Part shown: positions 39,497 to 49,325 of the stretch, piece by piece
How the letters are laid out: every line of letters starts with the position of its first letter
Numbering within the stretch: position 1 is the stretch's first letter
Assembly: GCA_043803405.1 (NCBI GenBank)
Contig: JAZDKB010000019.1
Coordinates: 160,001 to 224,000, forward strand
Direction: 5' to 3'
Origin: Spirochaetota bacterium
GTDB lineage: Bacteria > Spirochaetota > UBA4802 > JAFGDQ01
Length of the DNA: 64,000 bases
Made by a program: the position numbers and the translations under genes
The notes under the pieces: generated by a model
Told to the model about the DNA's origin: nothing
What the model saw: only the letters and a program-made list of their open reading frames with translations
Databases searched by the model: none

Positions 39497-40240
39497 GTGC
39501 TTATTGTTGAGTCATTATCAAAATCATTCGACGGATTCAGGGCAGTTAATAATGCAAATCTTGAAGTTAGGCCGGGAGAAATAATAGCTATAATCGGCCC
39601 TAACGGAGCAGGTAAAACAACATTATTCAACCTGATAACCGGAGTTCTTAAACCGGACAGCGGCCGGGTTATTTTTAAAGGCGAAGACATAACCGGGGTG
39701 CTGCCTCATGAAGTCTGCAGAAAAGGTATTTCCAGGTCTTTTCAGGTAGTTAATCTGTTTCAGAAGCTTACTGTTTTTGAGAATGTTCAGGTCTCCGTTC
39801 TTGCCAGAGAAAGAATGACATGGAAACTGTTTGTGCCTTCGGCAAAATTCGTAAGACAGGAAACAGAGGAAATACTCAGGAAAGTCGGGCTTGAAGACAA
39901 GAGTGACTTTATTGCAGCTCTGCTGTCTCACGGCGACCGCAAGGTGCTTGAGATTGCAATGGCGCTGGGAGGAAATCCTCATTTCCTTATTCTTGATGAG
40001 CCAACGGCAGGGATGGCACAGGATGAATGCCAGCGCAGTATTGATCTAATTAAGAAATTATCCAGAGAAATGGGTCTGACAATAGTTTTTTGTGAACATG
40101 ATATGGAAATGGTTTTCGGTATTGCTGACAGGATTATGGTCATGGTCAGAGGCGCAACGGTAATTCAGGATACGTGCGATGCGATTCGATGCAATCAGTT
40201 AGTACAGGAAGCTTATCTCGGCGGGAGCAGCCATGCTTGA
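39497..40240 (+). CDS. livG: ABC ATP-binding protein
   Basis: GPNGAGKTT, LSHGD, LDEPTAG, EHDM. Confidence 0.88.
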   Translation: MLIVESLSKSFDGFRAVNNANLEVRPGEIIAIIGPNGAGKTTLFNLITGVLKPDSGRVIFKGEDITGVLPHEVCRKGISRSFQVVNLFQKLTVFENVQVSVLARERMTWKLFVPSAKFVRQETEEILRKVGLEDKSDFIAALLSHGDRKVLEIAMALGGNPHFLILDEPTAGMAQDECQRSIDLIKKLSREMGLTIVFCEHDMEMVFGIADRIMVMVRGATVIQDTCDAIRCNQLVQEAYLGGSSHA

Positions 40241-40922
40241 AGTAAAGAATATTCATACATATTACGGATTAAGCCATATATTATTCGATGAATCGCTGTA
40301 TGTGTCCAGAGGAGAGATTGTCGGTTTGCTTGGAAGAAACGGGGCAGGCAAAAGCACAACAATGAGAAGCATTATGGGACTTACTCCTCCGGCAAAGGGC
40401 AGTATAATCTATAACGGGGAAGATATCACGGGACAGAAACCATATATGCTGTTTCGAAAAGGCATAGGCTATGTGCCGGACGACAGGCGGGTCTTTGCAG
40501 ATTTAACAGTGGATGAAAATCTTGATATAGTTTATACTAAAAGCGGCGAGTGGAATAAAAAAAGGATTTACGAAATATTCCCGGCGCTGAATGAAATTAA
40601 AGCGAGGCGTGCGGGGTTTTTAAGCGGAGGCGAACAGCAGATGCTTACTATTGCCCGCGCCCTTATGGGAAGCCCCGAACTTATTCTGCTTGATGAGCCT
40701 ATAGAAGGCCTTGCTCCGATTGTAGTCCGCAGTCTTGAAGAACAGATATTATTGCTCAGGGATGCGGGGATAAGCATTTTGCTTTCAGAGCAGAACATCA
40801 AATCCGCGGTAAAGCTGGTAAACCGGGTATATGTAATCGACAACGGGAGCATCCGGTTTGAAGGCACTGTTGCAGAATTTGAAGCGAACGATGAAGTGAA
40901 AAAAAAATACCTCATGGTATAA
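40233..40922 (+). CDS. livF: ABC ATP-binding protein
   Basis: GRNGAGKST, LSGGEQQM, LDEP, EQN. Confidence 0.88.
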   Translation: MLEVKNIHTYYGLSHILFDESLYVSRGEIVGLLGRNGAGKSTTMRSIMGLTPPAKGSIIYNGEDITGQKPYMLFRKGIGYVPDDRRVFADLTVDENLDIVYTKSGEWNKKRIYEIFPALNEIKARRAGFLSGGEQQMLTIARALMGSPELILLDEPIEGLAPIVVRSLEEQILLLRDAGISILLSEQNIKSAVKLVNRVYVIDNGSIRFEGTVAEFEANDEVKKKYLMV

Positions 40923-40929
40923 TATTTTT

Positions 40930-42090
40930 TTATTCCCTGTGCATACCCTGGTAAATATCGGTGCGTGTTACCTCGACCGATATTACATCTTTCCCGGAAT
41001 AAGATGTATTCAGCTTTAGCTCAAATTTAACCTTACCGATATTTTCTTTTTTAATATTTTCATCTTTTGAAACCTTAAATGAATAATCTTTTCCTTCGTA
41101 ATGAAAAATACAGGATGCTGTTGTGCCTTCAGCTTTGCGTGATCCGCTGACAGTGACTTTCATCGGTATGTTTTTGCCGTTTCTGTCCGTGAATGAAAGT
41201 GACTTGCTCTCGCTTATGTCCGGCTTTTTGTCAGTAAGATTGTATTCAGCGTCAAGAAGCCTGGACTGTTTATAAATAGTATCGTTAAAATGGCTTATCA
41301 CAGATCTGAGCGTTGTGGATCTGCCAGGTTTAACGGTGATTTTTTCTTCCCAGTCCGAGAATGAAAATTCCGGCAGTTTAACTACGCCGAAATCTTTTGT
41401 TAAATGAATTCTCATTGTATATGTGCCGGGATCAAGATCGCGTATTATTACAGCATCATATAGATTTCCTGTCGTGTAACCCGCGAACTTTCCATCAAGC
41501 TGAATTTCCGCATTGATCAGATTGCAGAATAGGGAAATTGAGCCAGGTATCATGTCTCGCAGTGTCAGCAGGCTTCTTTTCTCGGCTTCATTTACAAAAT
41601 TATAATTTTTGCCAGTAAGGGATTTTGCAATTCCTTCGGATAGTTTATGAATATCGTTTTCCGTTGTGCCGCGCGATGTAAATACGCGAACTGCTCCGGT
41701 CGTCGTATCTGCCATCCGCATGGTAAGCGCCACTTCGCCGCTTACAAGAGTATATTCGACAGAGATAAGATAATCTGCTGCAAGCAGCTTCCCAGCTTCA
41801 ATGGACTTTTTTTCCTGGCCTTCTTTTGTTAAGCCTGCTACCTGTAATTGCTGTTCGGAAATGATTTTCTCAAGCCTGTTCCTTTCAACCAGTGTGATCT
41901 CTTTCACACTAGAAAGATCAAATAAAATTACGCCTTCCGTAAAAGCTGCCAGATAATCATACTCCGGGTTTTGCGAAAGGTTCTGCACCCCGATAAAAGC
42001 CGCGGTTTTTGCAGATAAAATTCCAGGGATCATAAGAATGAAAAAAACTAAAAATCGAAATTTAATATTAACTTTATTAAAAAAAAGCAT
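40930..42090 (-). CDS. CsgG/HfaB-like plus PEGA domain secreted protein
   Basis: LVERNRLEKIISEQ..AGKLLAADY; AEIQLDGK..G.T...PGTY. Confidence 0.7.
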   Translation of the reverse strand: MLFFNKVNIKFRFLVFFILMIPGILSAKTAAFIGVQNLSQNPEYDYLAAFTEGVILFDLSSVKEITLVERNRLEKIISEQQLQVAGLTKEGQEKKSIEAGKLLAADYLISVEYTLVSGEVALTMRMADTTTGAVRVFTSRGTTENDIHKLSEGIAKSLTGKNYNFVNEAEKRSLLTLRDMIPGSISLFCNLINAEIQLDGKFAGYTTGNLYDAVIIRDLDPGTYTMRIHLTKDFGVVKLPEFSFSDWEEKITVKPGRSTTLRSVISHFNDTIYKQSRLLDAEYNLTDKKPDISESKSLSFTDRNGKNIPMKVTVSGSRKAEGTTASCIFHYEGKDYSFKVSKDENIKKENIGKVKFELKLNTSYSGKDVISVEVTRTDIYQGMHRE

Positions 42091-42404
42091 ATAGCCTCCG
42101 GTTCGGTGTTATTATTGTCCTGATGCTCAACACGGCAATAAATAGGTTTTGGGATTCAATCCTGATTAAATTTATATTTTTTAAAAATGCTTTAATAAAA
42201 AAAATAAGCTTATTGAGTAAGCTGAGAAATAATTACTTTAGTAATGCAATAACGGAAGTCAACTAAATTTTGTTTATAATATATTACACAAGTTAATCGT
42301 GACCCTGGAAAATAATTTTATTATATTGATTTTTAAAAGACCCGCATTTATAATTAAGCTATTAATATTTACCATTAACTTAAATATTTAAGGAGGGTAA
42401 ATTT

Positions 42405-42659
42405 ATGTACTTTATGAATATTTGTACATGGGCACCAGAGGATGAAAAAGAAGTTGAAAAACGCAGGGCAAAATGGAAATGGCCGAAAGGCATAAAGGTC
42501 CTTTATGAATTCATAGACCTTCAGGGATGCAGGGCCGTTAATGTCGTTGATACTGATGCCAAAGGATTGTTGGCCAGCAGGGCAGCCTGGATCGATATAA
42601 CTATATTTGAGACATTCCCAGTATATCCATTTGGTGAAAGCAAGAGTCTTATTAAATAA
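42405..42659 (+). CDS. DUF3303-like small protein
   Basis: MYFM...TW.P; P.GIKV; GGAGG RBS. Confidence 0.65.
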   Translation: MYFMNICTWAPEDEKEVEKRRAKWKWPKGIKVLYEFIDLQGCRAVNVVDTDAKGLLASRAAWIDITIFETFPVYPFGESKSLIK

Positions 42660-42930
42660 TGAGACCGGCAGGATCTCCGGCGAATATGTCGAATCCGTTC
42701 GGTTTTATCTTCTTGAGAAAGCATTCTGCCGGAGATTTTTGCAGCAGGCTGTCAGATACTATCTTTTTCGCTGCGGGACAAAAACGCTGCTGAAAGAAAT
42801 CTAACCTTGTATTAAAATTTTCACTCGGACAAAATAAGGACAACTCAGACAGTCCTCGAAAATTGTAATAATTTATGATCTATCCTAAGTTCGTTTGTTA
42901 TGTTACTGAGGATATGGGATGCAATTTTAA

Positions 42931-43908
42931 TTATTCCTTAACCTTGCTATCGAAGCTTTCATCCTCTTTATATTTTCGTTTGAGTTTCCCTGAAATAATT
43001 CCTACTAAACTTTCACCGTATAACATAAAAATAAGCCCGCTGATAATGAAAGGTATACTGAGAGCAAGCAGGGGCGCCGGATTTTCGCGGCCAAGCGCGA
43101 GTCCAAGCAAAACTGCGATAAGCGGATTCACGATCGTATAGCTTACTATCCTGATTGAAGGTTCGTGCGCAATGAGATACGTGTAAGCGTAATATGCCGC
43201 GCTGCCCATAATACTTAAATACAATAATGAGAAAGCAGATCTGTGACTTATATTACTTATAAGTTCAGGAAGCGGCTGATACAGGAACTGCGACATTACA
43301 AATGCAATTAAACCTGCAATTATCATTTGAAGGCCGCTGTTTACTAAATTGTTCGGATACACTTTAAGCATGTGACCTATGCTTGTCGCAAACGACCATG
43401 AAATTAAACCGCCTAATGTTAGTATGATATACGGGTCAATCGAAGAGAACGGATTTTTTCCTGTATATAAAATTGCCGTCACCCCGAGAAAACCCAGAAT
43501 TATTCCAAGGAGACGGACTCTGGACAGTTTTTCTTTAAAAAACATCCTGTTGAAAACAGCAACGCTGAAAGGAGTTGCTGAAATAATAATTGCCGAAAGA
43601 TAGCTGTCGATACGCAGAAGGCCTGCGGATACAAGGCCGCTGCCTCCTATAAGAAGGAATATACCGAAGAATGAGGCGGATAAAAATTCTCTGATGGTCG
43701 GCATTCTGTTTAGCTTTCGCGTGGCCAGCGATATGAGTATGAATCCCAGGCCGCCGAAAAAGAAGCGTGTGCTTACCAGATAATATACGGGGAATGATTC
43801 AACTGCCCAGCGCATTGCCAGGTAAGTTGATCCCCATACAATATAAATTGTAAGGTAAGCAAAGATAACAGGAAGTTTGGGAACAATTTTAAAAATCATT
43901 ATGACCAA
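42931..43908 (-). CDS. EamA/DMT family transporter
   Basis: IYIVWGSTY, VNPLIAV; about 10 TM. Confidence 0.9.
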   Translation of the reverse strand: MVIMIFKIVPKLPVIFAYLTIYIVWGSTYLAMRWAVESFPVYYLVSTRFFFGGLGFILISLATRKLNRMPTIREFLSASFFGIFLLIGGSGLVSAGLLRIDSYLSAIIISATPFSVAVFNRMFFKEKLSRVRLLGIILGFLGVTAILYTGKNPFSSIDPYIILTLGGLISWSFATSIGHMLKVYPNNLVNSGLQMIIAGLIAFVMSQFLYQPLPELISNISHRSAFSLLYLSIMGSAAYYAYTYLIAHEPSIRIVSYTIVNPLIAVLLGLALGRENPAPLLALSIPFIISGLIFMLYGESLVGIISGKLKRKYKEDESFDSKVKE

Positions 43909-44054
43909 TTTCTATAAGGCATAGTGCTTTTTATTGTAATTATATTTAAGCACTGAGAGCACAAAAACGCAGACACTTGCAAAGAAAGGGATGAATAGAT
44001 TTTATTTCTAAGCATATAATTTTGAATTCTTGCCGGGTAAATTAATATACCGTA

Positions 44055-44903
44055 CTAGACATTTACTATCATAGTATCATACGCAAAAGTAATATTGCCG
44101 TATCCCTGGTCTTTCAGAAATATTTCTGCTTTTTTTAAATCGTCGTATGAAATCTCATCTTCAATATGGTATATAATTACCTGTGAGGCATTCAGGCTGC
44201 GTATGACTTTAAGCGTTTGCTGAAATGTTGCTTCTCCTTTAAGGATTGGATGATTTTCCGGTATGCGCCGTTCGCCGTTAAAGAGATCAAATTCAATAAT
44301 TCCCATAGGCAGAACTGCGAGGTCGAGTCCATGCAGCTCCGCGGGCGGATCCCATTTTAAAAGCTCGTCCATTGCAATTAAAACGCGTTTCCCGGAATTT
44401 TCAAATAAAAAAGCGTATACATAGTCTTCAGCCAGACGGAATGGCTTAATGTTCGTATCCCCGATTTGAACTGTATCCCCATCCGATAATTCGACCAGAC
44501 GAATCAATCCCATCTTTTCAAAATACTTCAAATGATCCCATGTCCCAAGCGTATCCCGGAATGTTTCGCCGACGCGCTGCGGCAGGTAGACATCTGTCCG
44601 GTCAATTCGTAACGGCCATTGGCGGAGGTTGAATTTAGATTCCCAGAGCCTGCGTCCCATGACGTGATCCGGATGCCAGTGAGAATAGAAACACGCATTG
44701 ATTTTTTTAACCCGGGAGCGGTTAAGTTCATCTTTAATTTCTTCGGGCGTATCGATAAGCACATCCGGTCCGTGTACGAACACGCTTGGTCCGCTGCGGC
44801 TGTACGGGATTCCTTTTTCCCGCGCCTGAATGCAGACCTTGCAATTGCAAAAGGGTTTAGGTACTGTCAGAGGTCCGGATGTTCCCAGAAATTCGATTTG
44901 CAT
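44055..44903 (-). CDS. PhnP-like MBL-fold hydrolase
   Basis: FLGT..VP.PFCNCKVC; LIDT; SHWHPDH; AYD. Confidence 0.85.
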   Translation of the reverse strand: MQIEFLGTSGPLTVPKPFCNCKVCIQAREKGIPYSRSGPSVFVHGPDVLIDTPEEIKDELNRSRVKKINACFYSHWHPDHVMGRRLWESKFNLRQWPLRIDRTDVYLPQRVGETFRDTLGTWDHLKYFEKMGLIRLVELSDGDTVQIGDTNIKPFRLAEDYVYAFLFENSGKRVLIAMDELLKWDPPAELHGLDLAVLPMGIIEFDLFNGERRIPENHPILKGEATFQQTLKVIRSLNASQVIIYHIEDEISYDDLKKAEIFLKDQGYGNITFAYDTMIVNV

Positions 44904-45577
44904 TTTGTTTGCCTGTGTCCGATTATATGTTTAATCCGAGCAAACGTCTGTTATAGATGCTGTCCGGGATGATAACAGTGCCGGAATCTCATTAAATAGC
45001 AACTAATTTTCAATTTATATAATTAAAAAATTTTTAAATTGGAAACCGCTTTTTATAATTTTGTTAATTTTTAAGATCAAGGATTATTCATATAATATGA
45101 TACGGAATTTTTATATGAGATTTGTTATTCTGAGATATAATAAAGGTTGAACCTGCATATTATTTAAAATTCAGCTTTAAAATAATCGGTTCTTAAAAAA
45201 TTTGATAGAATTAATAAAAGTATACTATTATGATTTATTCTTGATAATTTTACGCTATCAATTTAACATTGCAATTGTAAATTTTTTTAAGTTGATTGTT
45301 TTTACCGGCTGATTATGGTGCTGCGCATTTTTAATATGTATTCTTATGTGCAAGTAAATAAGTTTATTGCAGAACTGTTTTAAAAAAAATATCCCTCAAA
45401 ATTATTTGATCCTGTTTTTCAACTGAATCAGAGTTGTTTTAGAGAAGGAATTTATTAATAAAAATTATGCATGCAAAGAATTTGTCGGAATTTAAAATAG
45501 TTTATATCCGGTTGAAACATCAGCGCCAATAAATCCCTAAAACAGGATTAATGTTTTGTTTTGCAAAGGAGAAAAAT

Positions 45578-45853
45578 ATGGAAGATAAAATAAAAGAAAA
45601 CAGAAGAAAGATGGCGAAAGTGATCTCCAAGGCATGGAGCAGTGAATCGTTTAAAGAGAAGCTTATTTCAAATCCGAGAATGGTTCTGGCGGAAAACGGA
45701 ATTACTGTGCCGGCAGATGTTGAATTAAAGGTTGTTGAGCAAACTGAAAAACTTATGTATATTGTTATACCATTTAGACCAGAGGATGCAGAGGGCGGGT
45801 CATGGATGACTGAAGACGATGCCTATGATATACCTTGTATTCGTTGCGTATAA
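45578..45853 (+). CDS. NHLP (nitrile hydratase-like leader) RiPP precursor
   Basis: KVISKAWSSESFKEKLISNPR.VL...G...P....KVVE......IVIP leader; GG then SWMTEDDAYDIPCIRCV; AAGGAG RBS. Confidence 0.9.
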   Translation: MEDKIKENRRKMAKVISKAWSSESFKEKLISNPRMVLAENGITVPADVELKVVEQTEKLMYIVIPFRPEDAEGGSWMTEDDAYDIPCIRCV

Positions 45854-46030
45854 AGTTACTTTAGAGAAACAGGTCTGGTTATAAGTAGAGTTGTGTCTGT
45901 GATGTTTTTGACTGCTTTTTTAGTGAGGTGACCAGCTTTTAAAGGAATGAAACTCCATCATTTGTTATATTTAAGCTTTGGGTGTCCAGCACATCAACTA
46001 TTCCTATATGCTTGCGGGGTATAAATTGTC

Positions 46031-47020
46031 GTGATTGCTTCCCTTGTGCCGCGCGAATTGAAGATTGAAATTACAAATAACTGCAATCTGCATTGTACCT
46101 TTTGTTCTCTGGGCGGGAAGATATCTTCGGATATTTGCTTTATGCCGGAGGAGGAAGTTCTGCGCTGGATAGACTGGGCAGTCGATAATAATATGCGCTA
46201 TGTGCGTTTTACCGGCGGGGAGGCCATGATGCATCCGCAGATAGAGATGTTTTGCTATTATGCGTACCGGCTGGGACGCCTTATCATTCTGAATACTAAC
46301 GGAATGGGGGATGACAAACTTTACAGGAAAATTCTTCGTGTTGTATACGATATGCGTATTAGCATGCCGACTCTTGATGCAGTGCGTATGGATAAACTTA
46401 CCTGCGGAAAGGACGTGCTTGTAAAAAAGAAAAATGTGATCGGACTGGCGCTGGAAACGGGTGTGCCACGCATAAGTCTTTTAACGCCTTTGCTGCCGGA
46501 GCTGCACGGAAGCCTGGAACAATTCGTTCTTTTTGTTAAAACTTCACCCAGGCTATTCTGGCTGCCGCTGCGTTACGAGTCTAGCCCGACAGCCCCCCGT
46601 CCATGGACGCAGTCAGATGCACAGGCCTTTGCCGAGGAGATGGCTGATCTAATGCGCCGTTATCCGGAAAAGGCGAAGGGGATTTACCTGGCTATGCCGT
46701 TTTGCGGGATAAAGCCGGCAAGCCTTGGCGCATTCATATTTCACGGGCGAACGGAGGATTGCGGCCCCTTCGCGGCCCTGAACGTTAATGTCAGCGGCCG
46801 TATGCAGGCATGTTTTAATGTGGGTGAAACGGACGGCATCCCGGCGCTTTCCGAGATTTACAATTGCCCTGAAATATGCGCCTGTGCCTCTATTGATACA
46901 TTGCCTGACGAATGCCGGTGCTGTAAGTATGTTGCCCGATGCGCCGGAGGCTGCCGCAAGCCATATAGCATGGTCCGGCACGGCGGTCGGCAGATCGATT
47001 ATCTGGCAGGATTTGTGTAA
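46031..47020 (+). CDS. Radical SAM/SPASM protein
   Basis: CNLHCTFC, FTGGE, NTNG; C-terminal C..AC..CRCCKY..RCAGGCR. Confidence 0.88.
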   Translation: MIASLVPRELKIEITNNCNLHCTFCSLGGKISSDICFMPEEEVLRWIDWAVDNNMRYVRFTGGEAMMHPQIEMFCYYAYRLGRLIILNTNGMGDDKLYRKILRVVYDMRISMPTLDAVRMDKLTCGKDVLVKKKNVIGLALETGVPRISLLTPLLPELHGSLEQFVLFVKTSPRLFWLPLRYESSPTAPRPWTQSDAQAFAEEMADLMRRYPEKAKGIYLAMPFCGIKPASLGAFIFHGRTEDCGPFAALNVNVSGRMQACFNVGETDGIPALSEIYNCPEICACASIDTLPDECRCCKYVARCAGGCRKPYSMVRHGGRQIDYLAGFV

Positions 47021-47057
47021 CAGGCCGGCTGCTCGTGCATCATTTCATGGTATTGTT

Positions 47058-49322
47058 ATGAATTATTATAAAATTAAAACCGGTAAAGCCGTAGTAGCAG
47101 ACGGCGACAGCTTGTTTCTGCTTGATGAAACAAGCCAAAAGAAAATTACATCAGAATTAATGTCCGGGTTGATGCGTCTCATCAGCCGTGGGCCTGCCGA
47201 TGAAGAGGAACTCGTCTCTGCATTGGAAGATCGTTTTTCTCCGGTACGGATATACTATGCGCTTGTTCAGCTTGAAAAGCTGGGTTTAATAGTTAAAGAT
47301 AATCGTCCTGAATCGCAAACTAATTTATTCAGAGAAAAACTGTTTAGGCAGAATGGGAGCGATTGCCGGCAGCTTCGGAAACCTGCATTGCCTGTAAGGA
47401 TATTTTCGATCGCAGGTGCGGAATCTTCTGCCGATGTTCTTTCTGAAGCGTTGAAACGTTCGGATCTGATGCAAGTTGAACGTCCGGATGACTGGCATAC
47501 TGAAAAAATATCTTCCAACTGCCTTTACATTGCAGTAACACCCGATTATCTTGAACCGGAACTGGAGGCTTTTGGGCATCTGGCTTATAAAAGCGGAGTT
47601 CGCTGGCTGCCTGTTAAACTGGCAGGCGTGATACCGTGGATAGGGCCATTGTTCGATAGGCAAGAGACAGCCTGTATTGAGTGCCTGCTTGACAGGGTGA
47701 AAGGGCACAGGCGGCTGGAAGCAAAACAAATCCGAGAGGATGGAGCAAAGCAATCACTTCGTCTTTCAGCGGGACAGACTTTTTATTCGTTTGAAGTCGC
47801 AGCAGGGCTTTTGTCTGTGGAACTGGAAAAAATTGCGACGGACTGTAAATCGGAATTAGCAGGCGGAATGTTTACAATCGATTTCCGGTCTTTTAAATTT
47901 GACAGGCATGCTTTTATAAAACGTCCGCAGTGTCCCGCATGCGGAAATATTATTAAAGGAAATATAAAAACCGGAGTTTTTCCTGCTGAGGCGATGCATT
48001 TGCAATCGCGGGCAAAATCGGATCACCGTGACGGCGGTGAACGTATATGTTCGGCTGTTGAAACGCTTAAGAAATATAATCATTTGATCAGTCCGGTTAC
48101 AGGCATTGTGGGAGAATTAAAACCAGTAGAAGGAATTCCGCCGTGTTTCGGCAGTGTGATAAGAAGCAGGTGGATTATCCGCAGCGGAGAAAGTGCGGAA
48201 AGAAAAAATAATGCGCGTTTATCGGCTACCGGTTTCAGCACAGGCAAAGGGAAGACTGAGCAGCAGGCGCTGGCCAGCGCACTTGGTGAGGCTGTAGAGC
48301 GTTACTGCTCGCAGCACGAGGGCTATGAAACACGCATCCGAGCATCTTTCGCGGAGCTTGGCGACCCGGCGATTCATCCTTATAGCCTGATGGGCTTCAG
48401 CGAAAGGCAGTATTCTGAGCGTGAATCATGGCGCCGGAAAGGGGACACTTCGTATGTGCCTGAGCCTTACGAAGCTTCATTGCTGATTGACTGGTCGCCT
48501 GCATGGTCGCTGACTCAGAAGCGCTGGAAGCTCATCCCGAGCGCTTTTGCTTATTATTCCTACCCGCGTGATGGCGGCGGCGATATTTGCCGCGGGTGCA
48601 GCAACGGCGTGGCTGCCGGCAATTGCATAGAAGAGGCAATAATGCAGGGCTTCTTTGAGCTGGTAGAACGCGATGCCACTGCAATGTGGTGGTATCATAA
48701 ACTACGGAAACCATCTGTGGATTGGCTAAGTTTTGGCTCTTCTTTCACAGCTTCCGTTGATGCACAAATCAGGAAAATGGGGATGAAACTTGAAGTACTC
48801 GATCTGACAAACGATCTCGGCATACCCGTGTTCTCAGCCAATCTTTTTATGTGTGATGAAGGCAACAGTTTTATCTCAATGGGATTAGGCTGCCACTGTG
48901 ATCCGTATATTGCGCTTGAGCGTGCTATAGCGGAGCTTGGACAGCTCTGGACACAAATGAATACGGACGATTCCGGCCGCAGATTTACAGAAAGCCTGCG
49001 CAGCATAGGATCATTTTTAAGGGCTGATCCCGGTCGGACTCCAATGACATATTTCGATTTTCCAGAAAAACAGCGCAGTGATTTTCTCGACGACATTAAT
49101 GATACCGTGCGGAACTTGAGCGAAAGGGGACTGGAAATGCTGGTGATGGATTTGACCCGCCCCGACGTCGGTTTCCCGGTAGCGCGTGTTATCGTCCCGG
49201 GCCTTATCCATTTTTGGCCGCGTTTCGGATGCAGCCGTCTATTTGAAGTTCCCAAAGCTGCAGGCTGGATTGACAAGGAAGCAGGTGAAGATGACCTTAA
49301 TCCGGTGCCGTTCTGCTGGTGA
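47058..49322 (+). CDS. Fused RRE/E1-like-YcaO cyclodehydratase (TOMM type)
   Basis: WIGP..CIEC..R, RPQCPAC, GKG, EAVER, SNGVAAG, ELVERD, C-terminal LNPVPF; start set at MNYYK. Confidence 0.92.
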   Translation: MNYYKIKTGKAVVADGDSLFLLDETSQKKITSELMSGLMRLISRGPADEEELVSALEDRFSPVRIYYALVQLEKLGLIVKDNRPESQTNLFREKLFRQNGSDCRQLRKPALPVRIFSIAGAESSADVLSEALKRSDLMQVERPDDWHTEKISSNCLYIAVTPDYLEPELEAFGHLAYKSGVRWLPVKLAGVIPWIGPLFDRQETACIECLLDRVKGHRRLEAKQIREDGAKQSLRLSAGQTFYSFEVAAGLLSVELEKIATDCKSELAGGMFTIDFRSFKFDRHAFIKRPQCPACGNIIKGNIKTGVFPAEAMHLQSRAKSDHRDGGERICSAVETLKKYNHLISPVTGIVGELKPVEGIPPCFGSVIRSRWIIRSGESAERKNNARLSATGFSTGKGKTEQQALASALGEAVERYCSQHEGYETRIRASFAELGDPAIHPYSLMGFSERQYSERESWRRKGDTSYVPEPYEASLLIDWSPAWSLTQKRWKLIPSAFAYYSYPRDGGGDICRGCSNGVAAGNCIEEAIMQGFFELVERDATAMWWYHKLRKPSVDWLSFGSSFTASVDAQIRKMGMKLEVLDLTNDLGIPVFSANLFMCDEGNSFISMGLGCHCDPYIALERAIAELGQLWTQMNTDDSGRRFTESLRSIGSFLRADPGRTPMTYFDFPEKQRSDFLDDINDTVRNLSERGLEMLVMDLTRPDVGFPVARVIVPGLIHFWPRFGCSRLFEVPKAAGWIDKEAGEDDLNPVPFCW

Positions 49323-49325
49323 GAA

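Noticed and set aside
42660..42810. Short ORFs and ATCTCCGGC/GCCGGAGAT inverted repeat
   Set aside because: Short arms between convergent genes; the ORFs lack an RBS or motifs
46788..47057. N-terminal extension of the YcaO ORF in the ORF track
   Set aside because: Overlaps the rSAM gene by over 200 nt in another frame; the plausible start is ATG 47058
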